A stretch of DNA of 54,044 bases from assembly GCA_032718475.1 (NCBI GenBank), contig JAUCBJ010002557.1, positions 1-54,044 of the forward strand. Reading direction: 5' to 3'. Below the pieces are notes generated by a model. It saw only the letters and a list, made by a program, of their open reading frames with translations. It searched no databases and was not told the DNA's origin. Position 1 is the stretch's first letter; each line of letters begins with the position of its first letter. Below are positions 25,052-35,393 of this stretch, piece after piece. The translations under genes and the position numbers were made by a program. Origin of the DNA: Nemertoderma westbladi (Eukaryota; Animalia; Xenacoelomorpha).

Positions 25052-28000
25052 TTATGCGGAAGAAAATGTTGTTTGAAGGCATACACTTAGAGCCATCCGC
25101 TCCTTGAACGTGTCGTACGTATCAAGAATCGGTAGATATATTTCCAAAGCACAAGTGCTAACGTGTGGGAGACCCGCTTTGTATTTGTAGGGTTGGTCTT
25201 CCGGATGTTTGAATAAGACCTTGGGTTGAACATCGAAGCCAAGCGTCGGGATCTCATTAGTCCCAGTTATAAAGATGAGCAAATCTTGAAGCCCAATCTC
25301 GCGCACATCATCATCCTTTGCAGTGACAGTTACACCATCTAAAATATAAAATTTAAATTTAAAAATTAAACTATAATAATACTAATTATATTATTATTAG
25401 TAAGATATTATATTAATTAATTATGGTATCTGGGTTTTAGACGAACCCTGTAGGTCTTGGAGGAAATCTTTCCAGAAAATCACCGTCCGTCGTTCACGTC
25501 GACGTCGATTACTGTCAGCATCATCAGTCCATTCAATTTGGAATAGGTGATCCATCATCACAGCGTCAAGCGTGCGTGGGTTGAATACAAACAGTTCCTT
25601 GCACAATTCTTTGTTGTCGCGTATAATCTCCAATAACCCCATGGTCTGAAGGCCAGCTTGAAACCTAAAATAAAATATTTTATATATTATAATATTTATA
25701 TATTGTAATATAATTGTATTAATAATTAATTATTATAAGTCAATTAGGATAATTATTATAAGGCAATTAGGATAATTATTGTAAGTCAATTAGGATAATT
25801 ATTATAAGTCAATTAGGATAATTATTATAAGTCAATTAGGATAAATTATTATAAGTCAATTAGGATAATTATTATAAGTCAATTAGGATAAAATATTATA
25901 AGTCAATTAGGATAATTATTATAAGTCAATTAGGATAATTATTATAAGTCAATTACAATTAGGATAATTATTATAAATCAATTAGGTTAATTTTATAGCA
26001 GTCATACATAAATTATTGCTTTACAGCAGAAATTGTATCACCCAGGACTGGTATCCATACTGTTCAAGTGGTGCGCGAAGTCTATCAATAACAAGGAATT
26101 CCATTAAACTTGCCACCAGAGCTTCTTTGTCTGAGTATTTAAGGGCTAGGTTATATCCACCGATTACGCCAATCAGTTCTTCAACTTTATTGACTGCTTC
26201 ACGAAACTCCTGCTCCGTCTGCGATGCACTTATCTAGTAAAACATTTAATAATACAAATTTGTAAGGAAAATTGATAGGCCAATATCTATATATTTATTG
26301 TAATACAAATAAGAATATAAAAATTGAATCTAAGTTGAACTTACAGCTTGAATTTGTTCGCGCCACTCGTAATCTGAAATGTCAGACAGCGATGGTTTAA
26401 CTTTACCATCATCATTTGTAGATGATATCATATCATATAATAAAGGGGATAGGAATGCTGGAAGTGGTCCTCTGTGAACTATCGTGGCTGCAAGGATAGC
26501 TCCAACCGTGAAGTACCTTTTCCTATTCAACGACAAAGCGTCGAGCGATAAATTTTTACAATTAGCATCGCCATCAAATATTGGAAGTTCCTTTATTTCT
26601 TTCAACGCGAGGCGAAAGAACTCGCGGCGCGGGCCACCCTCGTCAATCCCGTCTTCTTCGAGAAACTTAATGCTTATAGAGCCCCATGCATTAAATTTTG
26701 TCCTTTCAAATGCCCGAAAGCCCGCTTCCAAAACATCATAGCGGTCTACATTTATAAGGTTGGTTGGATAAGTTGAAGAGTTCAATTTCCCTTCAAGAAA
26801 AGACAGCAATTCTAAAACTGAGTTAAACTGCTTGGGTTCATCGGTGGGTTCCTCTGTAATATCAATGATATCACCGTCCACCTCTATACTTGTATCAGCA
26901 CTTTCTAAATTACTTTCTTCACAGTTCAGGCATATTGCCTGTCTACGTGGACGAGATGTTGAACAATTCGGACACATAAGACGGCGAGGCTCCAAGTCAA
27001 AGTAAGATCCAACCATCCCATCTCCGGCTCCGACCATACCATCACCACGTCTGTCTCCGACAACCCCTCCCCCGGCTCTGACCATACCATCGCCACGTCT
27101 GTCTCCGACAACCCCTCCCCCGGCTCCGACCATACCATCGCCACGTCTGTCTCCGACAACCCCTCCCCCGGCTCCGACCATACCATCGCCACGTCTGTCT
27201 CCGACAACCCCTCCCCCGGCTCCGACCATACCATCGCCACGTCTGTCTCCGACAACCCCTCCCCCGGCTCCGACCATACCATCGCCACGTCTGTCTCCGA
27301 CAACCCCTCCCCCGGCTCCGACCATACCATCGCCACGTCTGTCTCCGACAACCCCTCCCCCGGCTCCGACCATACCATCGCCACGTCTGTCTCCGACAAC
27401 CCCTCCCCCGGCTCCGACCATACCATTGCCACGTCTGTCACCGACAACCCCTCCCCCGGCTCCGACCATACCATTGCCACGTCTGTCTCCGACAACCCCT
27501 CCCCCGGCTCCGACCATACCATCGCCACGTCTGTCTCCGACCATCCCTCCCCCGGCTCCGACCATACCATCTCCAGGCCCGCCCATAACACCCCCAACTT
27601 GAATCGCTACAATTGCTATCTTTGGTGTCCCCATAACACATTTTTCAGTAGTATACTGGCGCAGTGTACCGTACTGTAGCACATTACCATCCATGTTTGT
27701 TAGCTGAAAATGATAGGCACTGTGGTGGTCCGGTAGGTCATGGTCATTTAAAGCTTCGTTTTTTCCATTGCCATCGAAAAGTTTATTTATTATTAGGTTT
27801 TTAACAGCAAGCAAAGGCAGATCCATCGGTAAAGACATTTTTAGAGCATTTGATTCGCCCAGTGGTTTTTTGATGACCATGCTCTCAATTTTACTTTGGT
27901 TGTAAATGTCTCCTCGACCTTGACCAATTTTAAACTTCACTATAACAACTTTAGTCGTTGTAGTTGGTCGGCCTCGGCCCTGGCCCAGGCGTGAGTTACG

Positions 28001-28309
28001 ACGACTGGAACTCAGACCAGCAATGATGGACCTATGCATGCGGGAAGACGTGCTGGTCGATTCGAAATCGTCGTCGTCATGAATGTCACCAGCACCGGCA
28101 GTTACCGGTACAAATAAGCCTCCCGCTCCCTGAAGCGGGGCGCCATCCGCTTCTGCGAATGGATTACCGGTAACAGCTGCTTCGGGTTCTCGTTCACGGC
28201 TTTCACGCCTATTATTCATCTCGATCTCGTTTACACGGTCGTTGATGGCTCTCCTTAAATCGGATAGTTCTTCCCTTCGCTGCCTAGATAAGGGTCCTGA
28301 TAATATCAT
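25052..28309 (-). CDS. HECT-domain E3 ubiquitin ligase (G2E3-like HECT), 880 aa, complement(join(25052..25338,25447..25664,26061..26233,26345..28309))
   Basis: INVDRYDVLEAGF, IKFLEEDGIDEGGPRREFF, YFTVGAILA, EQFQAGL (across a splice junction), LIFITG, catalytic LPHVSTC and Phe at -4 (TTFSSA*). Three GT-AG introns keep the frame (phases 0, 2, 1). CxxC-x10-CxxC lies upstream of the HECT domain. Confidence 0.9.
25722..25990. repeat. 23-bp minisatellite in intron 2 of the HECT gene
   Basis: About 11 copies of ATAATTATTATAAGTCAATTAGG. Confidence 0.9.
27010..27575 (-). repeat. 48-bp coding minisatellite (GDGMVGAGGGVVGDRR), 11-12 units
   Basis: In-frame, near-identical repeats in HECT exon 1. Confidence 0.95.
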
Positions 28310-28529
28310 TTCATTTCAATTCAAAATAAAGAAGGCCTACCTGCCTATGGCCTACCGTACTGCAGTGCAAATCAGCAGGTACCGGATAAGGATAAGGAAA
28401 GGATAACCTATTACTACAGTAATTATAACCTATGCTGCTATGCCAGTACAGCAGTCTGGCAGTACTGCAGTATATCTGTACTCTGTATGTGGAATTTCGG
28501 ACATTGCATTGCTGCATTGGCTGAGTGAT

Positions 28530-28620
28530 ACCTACATATATATATTATATTTATATTTCCCGCCACACCTCATCAACAAAAGAGTTCATAGAACGAATTG
28601 TCATTGGTCACATGCAAGTA
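28530..28620 (-). promoter_or_regulatory. Putative promoter of the HECT gene, mirror image of 23255..23330
   Basis: CATTGGTC (CCAAT on minus strand), TTTCCCGCC at 28556..28564 (E2F-like) and TTTATA (TATA-like on minus strand). Confidence 0.5.
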
Positions 28621-28976
28621 TTTTCAACCCGGGTTGATATTATTTTCAACCCGGGTTGATATTATTTTCAACCCGGGTTGATATTATTTTCAACCCGGGT
28701 TGATATTATTTTCAACCCGGGTTGATATTATTTTCAACCCGGGTTGATATTATTTTCAACCCGGGTTGATATTATTTTCAACCCGGGTTGATATTAGTTT
28801 CAACCCGGGTTGATATTATTTTCAACCCGGGTTGATATTATTGATATTATTTTCAACCTGGGTTGATATTATTTTCAACCCGGGTTGATATTATTTTCAA
28901 CCCGGGTTGATATTATTTTCAACCCGGGTTGATATTATTTTCAACCCGGGTTGATATTATTTTCAACCCGGGTTGA
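28621..28976. repeat. Right TIR array: 16 inverted copies of the 22-bp unit
   Basis: Counted by eye. One CCTGGG variant. Confidence 0.95.
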
Positions 28977-29030
28977 AATTAAAAAAAAAAACGCTTAATT
29001 AATATTGTTTGGCCGCTTTCAGCCACCGTA

Positions 29031-29445
29031 AATTTCTGAAGTTGAAATATATGGCAATTTCTGAAGTTGAAATATATGGCAATTTCTGAAGTTGAAATAT
29101 ATGGCAATTTCTGAAGTTGAAATATATGGCAATTTCTGAAGTTGAAATATACCTGTAAGTTAATTAATAATTAATTACAAACTTGTAAAAAACGACACAA
29201 GTAATAGGTAATCTCAGAAGTTGAAAATTGAAAAAATAACAAACTTATAAAAAAAGGGAAAAGTGCCGGTACTTTATTTAAAAAAATAACACAAAACATA
29301 CGGTAACTTTTAAGGCAATTTCAGAAGTTGAAAATTGAAAAAAAATAATTTCAGAAGTTGAAAATTGAAAAAAAATAATTTCAGAAGTTGAAAATTGAAA
29401 AAAATAACACAAAACTTGCCGTAACTTCTGAAGTTGAAATATATC
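29031..29445. repeat. 25-bp tandem repeat (AATTTCTGAAGTTGAAATATATGGC x5) followed by related GAAGTTGAAA repeats
   Basis: Direct inspection. Confidence 0.85.
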
Positions 29446-29511
29446 AGTAAATTTAGTTACTTACATACTTTAATTGCTGCACAATTTGAATTTGTATTAT
29501 ATATAATATCA

Positions 29512-30548
29512 TCAACCATCTGTCATTAATGGGGCGTAGTAGCTTTCACTATGATCTGAGCGAAGGCCTGTGCGAATCGGTGGAGCAGATATCCCCTCGC
29601 GTTGTCCACTGCGTTTACCGACCTGTTTCCACCCAGCACTAGGATCCTTACCAGTACCCTTCCTATTCCGACCATGCTGAACTTGACTGTTGTTTCCAAC
29701 TTCTACCGGTAGATCACAGACATAATCACGTTGGTTAAATTCACCCGGGTCGTAGAAGGTTAATACGTTTCCAATAACACTGAATGTAGTAGGAACGTTA
29801 GCGGACTCCTTCTTACCTTTAAGTAACTTATACTTTATGTCTTCATAGTGCCGGATAGTAACAGGTAAACCATCCCGTGTCATAGTTGCCAACACGACTC
29901 TGCGTTTAACGAATGCTGTGTGAATCATTTTCTTCTTCTTCATGGATTTGAGATACTTTAGAAGATTAGAGCGGTAGTTCGTTAAGAAATCCGTTATATA
30001 ACACTCCTTTGGAAGCTTATCCAGATTAGCAAGAGCTACTTTGCGTTCACGCTGCCCGCGAAATTGGATCAATATTGGTCGGGTTGCAGTAGTATTGGTA
30101 TCGGAATAGCGACCAAGACGACGACAGGAGTCGATACTATTCGAATCGAGACCAATAGTAGGCAGAAACTCGATTACCTTGTCTAGGCAGTGATTCCACT
30201 TTTCTTCTCTACTATCCTCTATACTGCTATACCATGGAGTAAAACGTTGTTTGAGTGGTTATTTTGCTCTGAGGCATCTGAATTTAGAAACGAAGCCTCG
30301 ATAAATCGGCTATGAACGCGATGGTCATTGTCCACTTGTTGGATATTGAATTCCAGAGAAGAAAGTTTACTTTCAATGTGCTCTTGGAAGATCTTATTAT
30401 CTTCATGTAGGTTATCAAATTTTTCGGTTAAATCGGTAGTTTTATCAGTGAGAATGGTATTGTTGTCGCTTTGTAGCTTGTCAATTTTTACAGTTAGCCC
30501 CTCAAATCCCGCTGCAATTTGTTCTGAGAGCTCGTCGTTATTGGCCGA
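29512..30548 (-). pseudogene. LINE ORF1p-like gene (coiled coil + RRM + CTD), frameshifted near 30220, with no ORF2 downstream
   Basis: Coiled-coil stretch, then EQNNHSNNVLLHGI|EDS, IDSCRRLG, RPILIQF and YITDFLT, typical of L1/CR1-type ORF1p. Confidence 0.65.
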
Positions 30549-30889
30549 ATATGGACAGCTTGAATATGTAATAATCAGAGTCTGTCATGTGGTATAATTG
30601 TGTAATAAGGAACCGGTAGCAGTACAGTGACAATTATTAGCAGTCAGACATTGTTGTATTACAAAGTTTAAAATGTTACAAATGTTTAAAAATAGGTAGC
30701 TGGTAGAATTACTAGAATTGCTGGTAGCTGATGGAATAAAACTGGTAGAATTTCAAGTACAGAAGTAGAGTGGTTTATACAGTTATATGTTGCCAGTCAG
30801 CCAGTGCATTTTGATACTGTACATCACATCAATTTCCGCGCCAGGATCCTCAATGCGCGCCACACGCCCCTGTTCCTTCCCGCCAGGAT

Positions 30890-31582
30890 CGCGTAAGGTT
30901 GTCTCCACTAACGAAGAACTCTGTTTCCCCTCGACCAATCGAGAGACAAGATGTGGGGTTAGCTCTCAAGGTATTTTCAGAAGAAACAGCGGCTGCCTTA
31001 AAGATAAAGTTTGGCATTGAGAGCGAGGACACTGTGTTGTTTATTCAGTATATAGTTAAGTGGTGGACGGTTGTGAATAACAAACATGCCAACTTCGCTA
31101 TATAATCTCCAAACAATTGGCAGATCAAGTTTCTGGAAAATGATGTCCCCAGCTTTCTGTTATCATTAAAAAAATGTAGTCACAAGCGGCGTAAACAATT
31201 GACATTGGAGACATATTCGGCTTTTCTCAACACATCCAAAGGATTAGCCTGTCTTGCGTGTTTGCTCCTCGAGAAAGGTGCTAATTATGTTATGCTCAGT
31301 AAATTTCAACAAGATCCTCTTGAGAAGCGATTTGGGCGGTACAGACAGTCAGCGGGTGGGTCATATTTAATAACCCATGCTGATATTGTCCATCAATTTA
31401 AGATAGACAAAGCACGAAAATATATTCAAACATTAACTGTATCTACGGAACTATCGTTCGAACACCATTGTGAACAGTGTAATATTCCAATTGGACTGGA
31501 TATTGACAGCGTTTTAGAAACTGAGGAAGCTATAACTATGGAATCGAGAATGGGTCTAGTCTGCATAGCCGGTAACTGTTAA
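30890..31582 (+). pseudogene. P-element/THAP9-like transposase C-terminal remnant
   Basis: ERQDVGLALKVFSE, KWWTVVN and YVMLSKFQQDPLEKRFGRYRQSAGG. Interrupted by a stop or deletion near 31105. Confidence 0.8.
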
Positions 31583-32439
31583 AAGCCGGTTATTGCTTAA
31601 AGGCGCCACTTCCCAACTTTATGGGGTGGTGGGCGGAATTGAATCCGCTCATAATGTCATGCGATGTGTACAATCGATAATTTTTCGATTATTGGTTCCG
31701 CTAATAACAATTTTGACACAGCCATTAAAGAGACCCTATTAATTCGAGACATTCAACCTACCCTTAATTACACAGATTAGTTTTAGCTCCATAAAAACTA
31801 GCCTTATTTTCTGGGTAGACTGCCCTACTGTCCGTTTGAGTTATTCTATTTAGTATATATTTTTTGCCTTCACATAGTATTTAGATATTAGGTTGCAATT
31901 TAGGTTAGTTTAGTTTTTTGTTTCTGCATTTATGTGTGTTGCACTGATGATGAATACTGTTTAGTACTCGAAACGTTTGGTTATGATTATTAACAATGAA
32001 GTTCAGGATATTCGCGCTTGTTATTCTTTTCCTTATATTTGTAAGGCAGTGATTTTTTATGTCCTTTTATTTGACTTTTTTTGTCCTCCTTTTTTACGAA
32101 TTGTGCCTAATGACTTTTGTTGTCCCTTTAATGACTTTTGTTGTCCTTTTTATGTATGTATTTCTTCAAACTGTCAGACTGCTGATTTCTGGACTGTCAG
32201 ACAGTTGATTTCAACATGCCTATGCCAAAACATTCAAAATTTGTTGATTTCTGGTCTGTCGGACAGTTGGTTTCACTATGCCTGTGCCAAAACATTCAAA
32301 ATTCCATGATTTATAGACTATGAGATAGATTTCCATATGCGCCTGTGGTAAAAGACTCTAAATTTAATAGTTTGTGGTTGTTGTCGATAATCGATTACCA
32401 CATGACGTAGCAAAACACTCATTTTATAGCCAAAAACAA

Positions 32440-32685
32440 TTACCAATTGATGGAAAGGAGCAGGTTAACTGGTTAAGGCCGGATTTTCTAACCAAAACAA
32501 TAAACAGTCACTTTACCAAATGAAGGAAAGGAGCAGGTTACAGAGGCTAGCCTTTCTAACCAAAACAATAAAACGGTCACTTTACCAAATCAGGGAAAGG
32601 AGCAGGTTACATAGGCGGGATTTTCTAACCAAAACAATAAACAATCACTTTACCAAATGAAGGAAAGGAGCAGGTTACATAGATG
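32440..32685. repeat. ~68-bp tandem repeat, about 3.5 units
   Basis: CTAACCAAAACAATAAAC..TCACTTTACCAAAT..GGAAAGGAGCAGGTTAC. Confidence 0.8.
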
Positions 32686-34467
32686 CCCAGGAAAACCGTT
32701 TCTGGCAAATTTTCAGAAATATTTACCCGGCTTGCATGCGATGTCTGGCGGCTGTAAACAGGCAAAATGTCTCGGCTACTTTGCAGCTTTTTTGGTACCC
32801 GTTTTTCCGGAAATGCCGCCACTTGCCATAGCCCACGATGGATAAATTAACATGTTATCCTATGGGGACATGGTTTGGGGTGCGACAAATAGCTGGAAAG
32901 TTGCCGGGAAGTTATAGCCAGTTGCCATGATAACACCTAGCTGCCAGGCGGAAATTTGTAGCGGCTTTGTCGCCTTTATAATTTTTTGTACCATATATAA
33001 AAATTTTTCCCTGTATAATTTTTTGTAGCGGTTTTGTCGCCATAATTTATACGGAAATTTACTACTGTTGGTCTCCCAATATTAATCAACTGTTTTATTT
33101 TGAGACAGCAATACGGTTTGGTTATTCGAAATGTCAATATAGTCCTGTCACCTTAATCTGCACCAATTTTAATATGCAGTACAGTGTTGCTCAAAAGTTT
33201 GGTCACACCAGGTGTTTTTAGGAAATTGAGATTTTAGTAATGTAAAGTAATATAGTTAACTATAATTCCTAATTTTAAATCAATGCAATTTCACAATTAA
33301 TACTTAGTGCTATAGTATTTGGCCGCGATACACAATTTAATACGTCTTGGCATACTACTGAAGTTCACATGGTAGTTTGACCCATTCTGAAACTAGCGCT
33401 TTCTTCAAGCTATCAATATTATTCGCTTTATGTCGCCAAACTTTGAGTTTTAAAATTCTCCAAAGGTTCTCAATAGGGTTTAAGTCAGGTGAATTGCCTG
33501 GCCAAAACAGTACATTAACATTGTTGTCGTTGAGGTAGTCCTTGACCAGCTTGGATGTGTGGCAAGGAGCACCATCTTGCTGGAATGTGGTTGCTCCAAG
33601 TGACTCCATTGCTGGAATAAGACGTTCGGCCAGGACCTCTTTATAGCGGGGTCCATTCAGTGTTGTGCCCTTGGGCATAAACCACAATCTACCCCGCCCT
33701 GTTGCAGAGAAGCACGACCAAACCATAACCTTTGGTGGATTCTTCACAGTCTTTAGGGTATACTTTGGATTATATTGCTGGCCAATAGGGCGTCGGACCC
33801 AACGACCAGTCGAACCAAACTGTGAAAACTGTGACTCATCGGAAAAGAGAACCTTGTCCCAATCGTTCTCTGTCCAATCTTTGTATTTTTGGCAAAATAT
33901 TTTCCTATCCCTCAGATTCTTCTCTGATAGTTGAGGTTTTTGAGCTGCCTTTCGAGCTCGCAACTTAAACTCTTTAGAAAGTCTCCGTCGTACTGTTTGT
34001 GGACTTACTCGAACATGTCGCCGATCTTCCAGAATTGTCGATATTTCCTTTGATGTTGCAAACGGTTTAGTTTCACAAATGTTTCTAATCGATAAATCCT
34101 CATTGCGAGTTGTAATTCTTGGTCTCCCAGAACGTTTCTTAGAAGAATATGAGCCTTCTTCCTTGAAGCGGTTAACAGTCCATAAAATACGGTGGCCCAT
34201 AGTGGCCACTCCTTACTTACACAAAATATTTGCAGGATGCGCAGGATGCGCGCGCGCGTGGTGTTTTATGTGTGCGCGCGCGGTATTATGTTTGTGCGTG
34301 CGGTATTTGGTGTGCGCGCGCGCGGTATTTTATGTGTGCGCGCGCGGTATTATGTGTGTTCGACGTGCGTGCGGTATCTCATGAGCGCGCGCGCGGTTAT
34401 TTTTCCATATGTAGCCCAGGGTGGTGCCATTCAGGGCACCACCCTGGGGCAGCCCCAGGGCAGCCCC

Positions 34468-34670
34468 AGGGCAGCCCCCCCCCACCATTGTGATTGTGGC
34501 AGCCCCCCCCCACCATTGTGATTGTGGCAGCCCCCCCCCACCATTGTGATTGTGGCAGCCTCCTCCCCACCATTGTGATTGTGGCAGCCCCCCCCGCTAT
34601 TGTGATTGTGGCACCCCCCCCCCTCCACCATTGTGATTGCCCCCCCCCCCCACCATTGTGATGTGGCACC
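34468..34670. repeat. ~29-bp C-rich minisatellite (CCACCATTGTGATTGTGGCAGCCCCCCC), ~7 units
   Basis: Direct inspection. Confidence 0.85.
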
Positions 34671-34679
34671 CCACGTCAT

Positions 34680-35393
34680 GCGCCATTCAGCCCAGGATGT
34701 TCGTAATTGAGACCAGTCGATTCTCTCGTTGTGAGTCGAGGTAACATAACGGTGTGCATTCGAAGTCTGACGGAAAAAACACTGCGCAGCGGCCATTAAA
34801 CCATTCTCTGTTCCGCGGTCTGTCTCGAGACGAACAGGTGCACCATGGGTTGTTACAGCATCCTAAAAAAAATCACAGATAATATTAGGATTATTATTAG
34901 AAGGCGTTACCTTTAGCCACAGTATCATCCGCGACCACCCATCACTACATGCATGAATTGGAAAACCATACGGCTTCAATTTATCATAGCCGTCTGCATG
35001 CCATGCTGCACTAGGTCCACGGTTATGATAAGTTCGTCTTCGTAGTCTTTGTCTACGTCGAATTTCACTAGCCTCAGGATCTAATTCCACAAGGATATTT
35101 TGTACAGCTTTTCTAGTTACAAAAAACCCTTCCCTCCTCAAATGATGCCAAATTCGTCGATAACCCCAGGATTCCCCAAGACCGCCCTCAACTAAATTCC
35201 TGATAATTTCATGAAGGTCATTAACTGAAATATTAGCGTCATTTCGCCTCCTCAGACCTAAGTCATTTAAACGGCGCCGGAGTGTTCTGTAGCTTATATT
35301 GATATTGTGTCGTAAACCAAGCTGGCGAACAATTTCAAAGTAGGTTAATCCGTCCATAAAATACAATTTGATTTGTTGGTTTAAATTAGCCAT
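34680..35393 (-). pseudogene. Truncated IS3EU-like transposase
   Basis: GYRRIW, LDPEA, WHADGYDKLKPYGFPIHACSDGWSR, in-frame TAG at 34863, then ETDRGTEN and HNERID (third catalytic residue region damaged). Homologous to 23419..24898. Confidence 0.88.

Larger units (their letters stand above)
22617..29030. mobile_element. Apparently intact two-gene DNA transposon (IS3EU-like): DDE transposase plus HECT E3 ligase
   Basis: Matching terminal IR TACGGTGGCTGAAAGCGGCCAAACAATATTAATTAAGCG at both ends, mirrored 22-bp arrays, and two convergent spliced ORFs without stops. No TSD (CAACTA vs AATTTC). Confidence 0.92.

Noticed and set aside
26926-27597. 223-aa alternative-frame ORF (MVWSEPGEGLSETDVA)n
   Set aside because: Shadow frame of the 48-bp repeat. 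The other frame is continuous with the HECT domain.
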